Assembly (NCBI GenBank): GCA_035628505.1
Contig: DASPJR010000027.1
Coordinates: 1-27,759, forward strand
DNA: 27,759 nucleotides
Reading direction: 5' to 3'
DNA from: Planctomycetota bacterium
GTDB taxonomy: Bacteria; Planctomycetota; SZUA-567; H5-PLA8
The notes under the pieces are model-generated. The model was not told the origin of the DNA, did no database searches, and was given only the letters and a program-made list of their open reading frames with translations. Shown in pieces: positions 20,701 through 25,013 of the stretch (position 1 is the stretch's first letter; each line of letters starts with the position of its first letter). The position numbers were made by a program, and so were the translations under genes.

Positions 20701-20822
20701 TGCCCGACAATCTGCGGCGCGATCTGCTGAACGCGGCCGGCGGGCGCTTTCCGGCGGAATACGAAAGCAGCATCAAGCGTTACTTCAAAAACGTGGCCTC
20801 GACCAAGGATGAGAAACGCTGA
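14709..20822 (+). CDS. Giant 2037-aa protein. Two N-terminal TM helices, beta-rich Ig-like regions, a PA14 domain (about nt 16821-17213) and then about 1000 residues of Ala/Glu/Lys/Gln-rich coiled coil with low-complexity repeats.
   Basis: PA14 signature YYRGTNF...FTVRWKGQVLAPRAGRYTFRATADDGVRLTVAGKKLIDEW. N-terminal hydrophobic helices at residues about 40-90. C-terminal half is continuous heptad-like AEAAKLNK/AELKA sequence. Confidence 0.75.
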   Translation: MSEPEILEEEAPPVLEVPAPVASALQRFADETRRLAIRECFAWAAVILIGLFTLLAFADFLQLFGDGARKTLAVLFYAIVAGITGFLLSRALRRRTPTEIALALEERVPDGALEERVSTTVELAERYASGTVQDDEGVSDALISRVADEAAVLIERINVEELTDRTGSRRSARAALASFAVAVLLCLIPVLHMPVLYARAFFPWQKLQRPSETLIAVLPGDSRIVEGAPLKIEARLSGKLVKEAAVEMRDHNSSAWVSTEMKADPTSPERFELTLSSVRAQADYRIRAGDGLTAEYHIQVLPRPEITGLKMVVTYPVYANKPPETFERISGDLSVLKGSKVQLSVTSNTDLSAAVIEFSNDRRVSMSLGQKSASASFDITEDSQYRIQLRSTDGVSNPDAPLFAIHAVPDKAPQVAVHSPGSDDATDPATLLNLETRAEDDFGITSMRLVVKTEQRAKPVTVQLQKPEDAGKVWLVSQPWDLAGLFLKDGEIVTYRVEAVDTSGSVGKSDERRLRIESGQKHPSVKVLSELERVQKHVDGAHRLLTTARNDIAEMRQLFRPEDVEYQAAERLLLEETLRRIRRETQSASALLEAVTPDAETGSMRTLVQALTNALARFSSTELHPLQSNATRARSNGSAAVAAGLEVLMVQAPKVEERLNMLHEALTAAHRYAGATVLNERAEDIRKSQKKISPILLGAAAWSPKGNFTPGLAAEYYRGTNFEQLVRRTVENNLDLKNQDLPDVGRENFTVRWKGQVLAPRAGRYTFRATADDGVRLTVAGKKLIDEWRMQAATPFEAAIELKEGWSDIVLEFLQGSGGYELNLVRSGPKIATAPIPPEHLRTTGTTIAVNPDTVKAAMVESASDAAVQQSLVRLQTMLQASQQLAPEYTRLSKLPPTADEEGVKQSAEWGRELIKNVGELVGVKTLSPGLAVPLMQWQEHTRGIDHRYRELRARYKAKVDEWAKKFAADIFEATAKLKDLQQNAENARKAFETLIQASKQPKDEKREAAMQQADAMVRSMAEDLQTQAKEIAAEFAKAAEDVNRPLDERRILKALEHKAEMMALEPAGTLAKRLEDAKTPEELAKTEQKVPNFGTKAAELSQKAAALAQATEKMERAVALREALEELAETEQEAREALAEAPTAENAAKQQEAAAELKEQAAELKHAVELARNNVDNNTLNQAAQLADRALATNAADLLKKRAEQALAGELDPKKDSANAPARKAADKDLAEQAKKASETAAAINKELAQQAAQLNGDVANTLREAAKDLQASSQALEAAKQPAEAAAALDRAADKAIEAQAEAANAAEQIALNAEAMRRAAKTDAERARADDMVRLAAAIHNEVEKQIAPLAEQLDRAEKNPDAVPVPADAQEQGKNEAAKLNKLADIAAQLQSPDANQQKAAHDAINKVLAEQGAAKDVEEALKQAQALETAAEHLEKAEAAAAAGAEAKTGEKGADKAGEKAGEKGGEKGADAAAKQEAELKAAEAALAEAVKADAAEAGKEALAERLGEMAGELRQQAEEQRQLANHLNQAAGLEQQARENLKKEAPALAQSLRDAQKNAANAAKGKAPDIAQPLNNAQQGLAKSAEALQAEAAKADGTPLEQLAADLEKIAKDIEAPIGELAAALNKGAEGTQDIQRAGREARNAAGRAKELAAEMQRAERAADLAAAEAQEAQGERADLEAQVKAAIAALENQGGAPEAELAALKKAAASGEPKSAQGNPEGGEKQAQSGAQKGEASAQNPKSGQNLQSGQNPQSGQNPQSAQNAQNPGQNAQHGQTPQSAQNPQSGQNPQSGQNAQSGQKSAQSGQSGQKPSSAAAGEPTQESMQLEAERARADSERLQQMAAQMEKIAASLSPAGAQSSQKPASDKASTTPAADALEAVEDAKAALATGDKAGAAEAINEAQEFLEQAAEAARAEATGMKTPGKSEAEALADGEPSPKSKGTGQGKSQAQGQGQGKTPAQKAAAQQSKGALAPEPPAGIPIDKATWNRLPDNLRRDLLNAAGGRFPAEYESSIKRYFKNVASTKDEKR
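19941..20165. repeat. In-frame degenerate 21-nt tandem repeat inside the giant gene, encoding about 12 copies of the heptapeptide QSGQNPQ.
   Basis: Example unit cagagcgggcagaatccacaaagcgggcagaacccgcaaagcgcccagaac. Protein reads ...QNPKSGQNLQSGQNPQSGQNPQSAQNAQNPGQNAQHGQTPQSAQNPQSGQNPQSGQNAQSGQ... Confidence 0.85.
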
Positions 20823-21898
20823 TGAAAACGCATTGGCTCAGCTTTGTCATCACAGCGAGTTTTCTCGGCTGCGCAGCGCTAGGGGGTGACAAGCCCGTCG
20901 CCCGCGCGGCAACGGCGGCCGAAGACGAGGCAGCCATTCTGCGCAAGTTGCAGGACCGCGGCCCGCGCGACGCGGCGATCGAGAAGGCCGTCAACTTCCT
21001 GATTTCCACACAGAACAAGGACGGCAGCTTTGGCGAGAAACACAAGAATGCGCTCACGGGGCTGACCGTGATGGCGCTGATGGCGGCCGGCCATACGCCT
21101 GACTCTCCGCAGAATGGGCCCAAGATCCGCAACGCGCTCAACTTTATTCTTTCCCAGATGCGCAATGACGGGTACCTGGGGCACAGCGACCATTCGCGCA
21201 TGTACGGCCATGGAATCTGCACGCTGATGCTCACCGAAGCGGCGGGCATGACACGCGATGATGCACTTGAAAAACGGCTGATCGATGCCTGCCGCCGCGC
21301 CGTGGAGCTGATCCTGAAAGCACAGGCCGTGAAAAAGCAGGGGCATCACAATGGCGGCTGGCGCTACGAACCCAATAGCGGCGATAGTGATCTGTCGCTC
21401 ACCGGCTGGCAGACCATGTCGCTGCGCTCAGCTAAAAATATCGGCATCGATGTTCCGGGCACCGCGATTACGGCTGCAACCAACTACATCCGCGCGATGG
21501 CGCGCGATGGCGAGTTCTCTTACGAAGGCGGCGGCGGCCAGCCGACGTTGCGCGGAATCGGCCTGCTGGCGTTGCCTGTCTGCGGAGTATACGACGCGCC
21601 GGAGCTGGCAAAGGCGACGGCGAATATGCTGAAAGACCCGCCGAAGTGGCAGGGCCCCTGGTTCTATTACCGCCTTTATTACTCCACGATGGGCATGTAC
21701 CAGATGGGCGACGAGGCCTGGAACCGTTTCCATCCCATCGTCGACGACGTTTTGCTCAAGCAGCAGAAACCCGACGGAAGCTGGCCTGATCCTCCAGGGA
21801 ATAACGAGCAGGAGGCCGGCGGCGCGATCTATTCGACCAGCATGGCGATCCTTGTGCTCGCGGTGCACTATCATTTGCTTCCAATTTATCAGCGTTGA
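20822..21898 (+). CDS. Secreted or lipid-anchored prenyltransferase / squalene-oxidase-repeat (terpenoid-cyclase-like alpha/alpha-toroid) protein.
   Basis: Signal peptide MKTHWLSFVITASFLGCAALGG. Repeats GGWRY..., DGSFGEKHKNALTGLTVMALMAAG and KPDGSWPDPPG are typical of the PTase/SQCY repeat fold. Start overlaps the giant gene stop (TGATG). Confidence 0.75.
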   Translation: MKTHWLSFVITASFLGCAALGGDKPVARAATAAEDEAAILRKLQDRGPRDAAIEKAVNFLISTQNKDGSFGEKHKNALTGLTVMALMAAGHTPDSPQNGPKIRNALNFILSQMRNDGYLGHSDHSRMYGHGICTLMLTEAAGMTRDDALEKRLIDACRRAVELILKAQAVKKQGHHNGGWRYEPNSGDSDLSLTGWQTMSLRSAKNIGIDVPGTAITAATNYIRAMARDGEFSYEGGGGQPTLRGIGLLALPVCGVYDAPELAKATANMLKDPPKWQGPWFYYRLYYSTMGMYQMGDEAWNRFHPIVDDVLLKQQKPDGSWPDPPGNNEQEAGGAIYSTSMAILVLAVHYHLLPIYQR

Positions 21899-22056
21899 GA
21901 GTTTGCAAAAAAAGTTTTACGCCCTGTTTGCAGCGGAAGCGCATCGCCGCGGCTTCACTTTTTAGCCGCTGCCACGTACTCGCCGAAATTTCGTAAGCAG
22001 CAACTGGAAAAAGCAGAGCCCGCTTTAGATCCAGAAATTTTCTGCGCCTCAAAAAT

Positions 22057-22085
22057 TTGACATCCTGGAAACCAGGTGGTTAGTT
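22057..22085 (+). promoter_or_regulatory. Sigma70-like promoter candidate: -35 TTGACA at 22057-22062, a 17-nt spacer, and a weak -10 ttagtt at 22080-22085.
   Basis: Perfect -35 hexamer preceded by an A-tract (aaaaat). Located about 160 nt after the toroid gene stop. Confidence 0.4.
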
Positions 22086-22089
22086 CGTA

Positions 22090-22339
22090 ACACAGTTAGT
22101 TAGGAGAGTAGCAATTCGATGAACTGGGTCATGGCACAAATAAGCGGACATACACAGTACCTGTCCTATGCGGATCAGCGGACGGGTATCGTCGTATCGT
22201 TTAGTTTGCCGTGCCTCGGTCGTAAAGCTGAAAACAATCTGAACGCCCCCGAGACCGGGAGGCCCGCACCCTAGAAGGTTGAGTTCATGTGGAGATTCCA
22301 CAAACCTTCCAGGGTGCAAGCTCTGGAAGGTTTTTTTTT
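22090..22339 (+). ncRNA. Candidate small RNA of about 250 nt with unassigned family. Relatively AT-rich and ends at an intrinsic terminator.
   Basis: No ORF of at least 60 aa on the plus strand here (track minimum). Bounded by a promoter-like site and by terminator ccttccag-ggtgcaagct-ctggaagg followed by T8 (22304-22339). GC content is visibly lower than the flanking DNA. Confidence 0.4.
22304..22339 (+). terminator. Rho-independent terminator. 8-bp GC-rich stem CCTTCCAG/CTGGAAGG, a 10-nt loop, then TTTTTTTT.
   Basis: Perfect inverted repeat 22305-22312 / 22323-22330, followed by a T8 run at 22331-22338. Confidence 0.75.
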
Positions 22340-22500
22340 ACCCGAGCGAAAAGGAGTTCAACATGCAGGTACGTGCTGACTAAACAGTAGTTCCTGATTT
22401 CGACTCGCGATGAAACGTGAAAACGCAGCGACTGGCGTTGCCGCGAGAGGAGTGTTGTTGTCACTTTTCTAAGGAGGTTCATGCAGTCGCCGTTCGGTTT

Positions 22501-22574
22501 GCGGATGTAGCTCAGTGGCAGAGTACGAGCATGCCAAGCTCGAGACGCGGGTCCGATTCCCGCCTTCCGCACCA
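22501..22574 (+). tRNA. tRNA-Gly(GCC). CCA is encoded. T-loop TCCGATT is non-canonical (C55).
   Basis: Cloverleaf: acceptor GCGGATG/CTTCCGC, D-arm GCTC-AGTGGCA-GAGT, anticodon arm CGAGC-aTGCCAa-GCTCG. Confidence 0.7.
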
Positions 22575-22634
22575 AGCTCAGCTTCACTCACCGGGGAGAC
22601 GCGGAGGCGCTGAGAACAGATTGGAAAAGTTCGG

Positions 22635-22705
22635 GCCGCGGTGTGAGGGTCACGCGCCTCTCCCGTAAAGAGGCTGAGCAGGTTCAACTCCTGCCTGCGG
22701 CTCCA
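22635..22705 (+). pseudogene. Degenerate tRNA-like element related to Cys, with a truncated D-arm. Has acceptor GCCGCGG/CTGCGGC, discriminator U, CCA and T-arm GCAGG-TTCAACT-CCTGC.
   Basis: Anticodon-like hairpin CCTCT-CCCGTAA-AGAGG has C33. The D region is only 15 nt. Its 3' end, CTGCGGC-T-CCA, mirrors that of the Cys tRNA at 25014. Confidence 0.35.
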
Positions 22706-22712
22706 AACAGAT

Positions 22713-22740
22713 GTGACGGGTGACGGGTGGCGGGTAACGA
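22713..22740. repeat. Tandem heptamer repeat, GTGACGG family x4.
   Basis: gtgacgg gtgacgg gtggcgg gtaacga. The same family recurs at 26109-26142. Confidence 0.7.
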
Positions 22741-22777
22741 CACCCAGACTCAAGACTCCCGACTCATGACTATTGTT

Positions 22778-22848
22778 TGCGGTGTCGCGTAATGGTAGCG
22801 CGCCTGCCTGTTAAGCAGGAAGTAGAGGTTCGAATCCTCTCTCCGCAG
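22778..22848 (+). tRNA. tRNA-Asn(GTT).
   Basis: U1-A72 acceptor TGCGGTG/CTCCGCA, discriminator G73. Anticodon arm CCTGC-cTGTTAa-GCAGG. T-arm AGAGG-TTCGAAT-CCTCT. Confidence 0.65.
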
Positions 22849-22856
22849 TGTGAAGT

Positions 22857-22931
22857 GGGGCGATGGTGAAATCAGGATCATACGACGTTCGCATCGTCGC
22901 GTCCCGGGTGCAACTCCCGGTCGCTCCACCA
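22857..22931 (+). tRNA. tRNA-Ala(CGC)-like. Has G3:U70, A73 and CCA, but a non-canonical T-loop TGCAACT (G55) and an unusual D-arm. Possibly non-functional.
   Basis: Acceptor GGGGCGA/TCGCTCC. Anticodon arm CGACG-tTCGCAt-CGTCG. T-arm CCGGG-TGCAACT-CCCGG. Total 75 nt. Confidence 0.45.
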
Positions 22932-22940
22932 GAGAAAAAC

Positions 22941-23013
22941 GCCTTCGAGGTGTTAGCGGCAGCACAGCGGGTTCTTACCCCGTGAGGTGGAGGTTCAAGT
23001 CCTCCCGGAGGCA
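22941..23013 (+). tRNA. tRNA-Lys(CTT).
   Basis: Acceptor GCCTTCG/CGGAGGC, discriminator A73. D-arm GTGT-TAGCGGCA-GCAC. Anticodon arm GCGGG-tTCTTAc-CCCGT. T-arm GGAGG-TTCAAGT-CCTCC. Confidence 0.7.
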
Positions 23014-23021
23014 TGGAAGGC

Positions 23022-23093
23022 AGCTCTTAGCTCTTGGCTGTTGGCTCTTGGAGTTGCGTTGCAATGTCTGTTCCAAGAGCCAAGAGCTAAGAG
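23022..23093. repeat. Hairpin built from GGCTCTT-family heptamers.
   Basis: 5' arm gctcttagctcttggctgttggctcttgga, an 18-nt loop, 3' arm tccaagagccaagagctaagagc. Confidence 0.7.
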
Positions 23094-23111
23094 CCTAGAG
23101 CCGCAACAGCC

Positions 23112-23184
23112 GCGTTCGTAGCTCGAGCGGCAGAGCAGCCGCCTTTTAAGCGGCAGGGTGTGGGTTCGAGCCCCACCGGACGCA
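23112..23184 (+). tRNA. tRNA-Lys(TTT).
   Basis: Acceptor GCGTTCG/CGGACGC, discriminator A73. D-arm GCTC-GAGCGGCA-GAGC. Anticodon arm GCCGC-cTTTTAa-GCGGC. T-arm GTGGG-TTCGAGC-CCCAC. Confidence 0.8.
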
Positions 23185-23190
23185 TGAAGA

Positions 23191-23261
23191 TGCCGGGTCG
23201 TCCAGCGGCAGGACGCCTGACTCTGAATCAGGAAAGCGAGGTTCGAATCCTTGCCCGGCAA
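23191..23261 (+). tRNA. tRNA-Gln(CTG).
   Basis: U1-A72 acceptor TGCCGGG/CCCGGCA, as in bacterial Gln. D-arm GTCC-AGCGGCA-GGAC. Anticodon arm CCTGA-cTCTGAa-TCAGG. T-arm CGAGG-TTCGAAT-CCTTG. Confidence 0.75.
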
Positions 23262-23282
23262 TGGAAGGGCCAGTAGGCGGAA

Positions 23283-23372
23283 GGCAGTGGGCAGGAGGCA
23301 GTGGGCAGGGAACAAAAGAAGACTGAGTGGACGGTGCAGAACGCTGAGCCTCACTCCTGGCTCAGTTTTCCG
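23283..23372. repeat. GGCAGTG/GGCAGGA heptamer tandem at 23283-23310, followed by a terminator-like hairpin GCTGAGCC-tcactcct-GGCTCAGT plus TTTT at 23344-23372.
   Basis: ggcagtgggcaggaggcagtgggcaggg, then gctgagcctcactcctggctcagtttt. Confidence 0.5.
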
Positions 23373-23398
23373 TACTGCTCATTCAGAGGGAACGCAGG

Positions 23399-23469
23399 TG
23401 GCCTGTCGTCCAATGGGAGGACGGCGGACTTTGAATCCGCCTATCGAGGTTCGAATCCTCGCGGGCCAG
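23399..23469 (+). tRNA. tRNA-Gln(TTG).
   Basis: U1-A72 acceptor TGGCCTG/CGGGCCA, discriminator G73. D-arm GTCC-AATGGGA-GGAC. Anticodon arm GCGGA-cTTTGAa-TCCGC. T-arm CGAGG-TTCGAAT-CCTCG. Confidence 0.8.
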
Positions 23470-23517
23470 TAACGCGCGTTGCGAACTCGCGGGGGCAGTG
23501 CTGACGGAGAGCGACAG

Positions 23518-24072
23518 ATGAAAACGCCATTTTTAATTGGAGATCGCATCTGCCTGCGGCCGCTGGAGCGCGAGGACGCGCGCGTGCTGGAGTTTTACAT
23601 CAACGATCCGGATGTCACACGCACGCTGCAGGCATACCGCCCGATGAATCTGCAGATCGAGGAAGACTGGATCGCGGATCTCTACAAGAAGGAAAGCGAC
23701 ATCGTGCTCGGTATCGCGATCAAGAGCAGCGACAAGCTGATCGGTGCGACCGGTCTGCATCGACTGGAATTCAAAGACAGGCGCGCGGAGTTCGGAATCA
23801 GCATCGGCGCGAAGGAAGAGTGGGACAAAGGTTACGGCACCGAGGCCACGCGGCTAATCGTCGGCTACGGCTTCGAGACGCTGAACCTCAACAGGATCAG
23901 CTTGCGCGTGTACGAGCACAATCCTCGAGCGCAGCGCGCGTACGAGAAGGCAGGCTTCAAAAAGGAAGGCGTGCTGCGCAAGGAAGTCTACAGGCTCGGC
24001 CGCTATTGGGACACGATCGTGATGGGCATATTGCGCGAGGAATGGGACGCCCTCGCGGCAAGCAAGAAGTGA
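23518..24072 (+). CDS. GNAT N-acetyltransferase of the RimJ/RimL-like (Acetyltransf_3) family, embedded in the tRNA array.
   Basis: 184 aa. WDKGYGTEATRLIVGYGFETLNLNRISLRVYEHNPRAQRAYEKAGFKKEGVLRKE matches the RimJ/L core. SD ggaga sits 8 nt before ATG 23518. Confidence 0.8.
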   Translation: MKTPFLIGDRICLRPLEREDARVLEFYINDPDVTRTLQAYRPMNLQIEEDWIADLYKKESDIVLGIAIKSSDKLIGATGLHRLEFKDRRAEFGISIGAKEEWDKGYGTEATRLIVGYGFETLNLNRISLRVYEHNPRAQRAYEKAGFKKEGVLRKEVYRLGRYWDTIVMGILREEWDALAASKK

Positions 24073-24076
24073 GGAC

Positions 24077-24107
24077 GTGGGGCAGCGCGAACGAACGCCT
24101 GCCCCAC
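24077..24107 (+). terminator. GC-rich stem-loop immediately after the GNAT stop codon. No U-tract follows, so it may be a terminator or a processing hairpin.
   Basis: gtggggcag-cgcgaacgaacgc-ctgccccac. Confidence 0.35.
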
Positions 24108-24119
24108 GCAGGGCGCGAG

Positions 24120-24190
24120 CGGGCGTTAGTGCCGGTGGCACTGGCGAGTCTTATAAACCCGCTGGCCGGGTTCAACTCCCGGGCGCCCGA
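24120..24190 (+). pseudogene. Degenerate tRNA-like element. Acceptor CGGGCGT/GCGCCCG, T-arm CCGGG-TTCAACT-CCCGG, a tight GTGC-CGGTG-GCAC D hairpin and an anticodon-like loop CTTATAA with a mismatched stem.
   Basis: Manual fold; the D-arm and anticodon stem are irregular. Its T-arm is closely related to that of the Ala-like tRNA at 22857. Confidence 0.3.
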
Positions 24191-24202
24191 CTGAACTGAT
24201 GA

Positions 24203-24274
24203 GCCGGGATGGCGTAGGGGTCTGCGCGTCCGCCTGAAGAGCGGAAGGTGATCGTTCGACTCGATCTTCCGGCA
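24203..24274 (+). tRNA. tRNA-Phe(GAA).
   Basis: Acceptor GCCGGGA/TTCCGGC, discriminator A73. Anticodon arm TCCGC-cTGAAGa-GCGGA. T-arm GATCG-TTCGACT-CGATC. Confidence 0.75.
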
Positions 24275-24284
24275 TGTGAACGAC

Positions 24285-24365
24285 GGTTTCTGGTTTGAAG
24301 TTTCTGGTCTCTGGCTAATTGCAGCTTGCACTGAACCAGAAACTAGAAACCAGAAACCTGAAACC
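24285..24365. repeat. Hairpin built from CCAGAAA/GGTTTCT heptamers.
   Basis: 5' arm ggtttctggtttgaagtttctggtctctgg. 3' arm ccagaaactagaaaccagaaacctgaaacc. Confidence 0.75.
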
Positions 24366-24373
24366 GAATTTAA

Positions 24374-24446
24374 CGGGGCGTAGCGTAGCGGCTAACGCGC
24401 CTGCGTCGGAAGCAGGAGAACGTCGGTTCGAATCCGGCCGCTCCGA
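24374..24446 (+). tRNA. tRNA-Pro(CGG).
   Basis: C1-G72 acceptor CGGGGCG/CGCTCCG, discriminator A73, as expected for Pro. D-arm GCGT-AGCGGCTA-ACGC. Anticodon arm CCTGC-gTCGGAa-GCAGG. T-arm GTCGG-TTCGAAT-CCGGC. Confidence 0.75.
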
Positions 24447-24460
24447 TGGGAGAACGACGG

Positions 24461-24547
24461 CTTCTGGTTTGAGGTTTCTAGTTTCTAGTTAACTGCTGAT
24501 CGCGCGAAACCAGAAACAGGAAACCAGAAACCAGAAACAGAGGTTTG
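24461..24547. repeat. Hairpin built from CCAGAAA/GGTTTCT heptamers.
   Basis: 5' arm cttctggtttgaggtttctagtttctagtt. 3' arm gaaaccagaaacaggaaaccagaaaccagaaacag. Confidence 0.75.
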
Positions 24548-24622
24548 CGGGACGTAGCTCAGCTTGTTGAGAGCGCCTGGTTTGGAACCAGGAGGTCGCA
24601 GGTTCAAATCCTGCCGTTCCGA
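24548..24622 (+). tRNA. tRNA-Pro(TGG).
   Basis: C1-G72 acceptor CGGGACG/CGTTCCG, discriminator A73. D-arm GCTC-AGCTTGTTGA-GAGC. Anticodon arm CCTGG-tTTGGAa-CCAGG. T-arm GCAGG-TTCAAAT-CCTGC. Confidence 0.8.
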
Positions 24623-24670
24623 TTATGCAAAAACGTCAGCAGCAACCGACAGCGGCTGAGGTGAACTGGA

Positions 24671-24745
24671 CGGACGGTGTTGTAGGGGGCTGCAGATCTG
24701 CCTGATAAGCAGAAGGTGGAGGTTGGACTCCTCCCCGTCCGACCA
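24671..24745 (+). tRNA. tRNA-Ile(GAT)-like. CCA is encoded. Unusual C1-G72 acceptor and a non-canonical T-loop TTGGACT (G56).
   Basis: Acceptor CGGACGG/CCGTCCG. Anticodon arm TCTGC-cTGATAa-GCAGA. T-arm GGAGG-TTGGACT-CCTCC. Confidence 0.55.
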
Positions 24746-24760
24746 GAAAGGAGCGAAGAC

Positions 24761-24832
24761 GTCTCTGTCAGCTAGTGGCAAGCTACCGCGCTTTCAACGC
24801 GGCAACCGTGGGTTCGATTCCCCGTAGAGACA
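24761..24832 (+). tRNA. tRNA-Glu(TTC). T-stem is imperfect (GTGGG/CCCCG).
   Basis: Acceptor GTCTCTG/TAGAGAC. D-arm AGCT-AGTGGCA-AGCT. Anticodon arm CCGCG-cTTTCAa-CGCGG. T-loop TTCGATT. Confidence 0.6.
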
Positions 24833-24833
24833 T

Positions 24834-24907
24834 GTGTCCTGGGTGTGACGATTGCACGCGAGAATGTGAGTCTCGTAGAGCCGGTTTGACTCCGGCAGGA
24901 CACCCCA
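24834..24907 (+). tRNA. tRNA-His(GTG). CCA is encoded and the discriminator is C73. Starts 1 nt after tRNA-Glu. The -1 position is T, so G-1 is not encoded.
   Basis: Acceptor GTGTCCT/AGGACAC. D-arm GTGT-GACGATT-GCAC. Anticodon arm CGAGA-aTGTGAg-TCTCG. T-arm GCCGG-TTTGACT-CCGGC (non-canonical T56). Confidence 0.6.
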
Positions 24908-24913
24908 AAGGTG

Positions 24914-25001
24914 TGGTTTCTGGTTTCGAGTTTCTGGTTTCTGGTTTCTGGTTAAGGGCCGATTGCACTGAACCAGAAACCAGAAACTAAGAACCAGAAA
25001 C
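24914..25001. repeat. Hairpin built from CCAGAAA/GGTTTCT heptamers.
   Basis: 5' arm tggtttctggtttcgagtttctggtttctggtttctggtt. 3' arm aaccagaaaccagaaactaagaaccagaaacc. Confidence 0.75.
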
Positions 25002-25013
25002 CGTAGTCAGGAG

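Noticed and set aside
22090-22339. Assigning the sRNA candidate to 6S RNA, tmRNA, RNase P RNA or SRP RNA
   Set aside because: No tRNA-like ends (tmRNA), no conserved RNase P or SRP motifs, and no convincing long-range 5'/3' pairing for 6S could be found by eye. Left as unclassified.
22080-22587. Minus-strand ORFs 22080-22319 (79 aa) and 22285-22587 (100 aa)
   Set aside because: They overlap the promoter/terminator-bounded sRNA candidate and tRNA-Gly on the opposite strand, with no SD or motifs.
23479-23517. Longer GNAT start at 23479
   Set aside because: The extension MRTRGGSADGERQ overlaps the SD (ggaga) that serves ATG 23518 and begins only 10 nt after tRNA-Gln.
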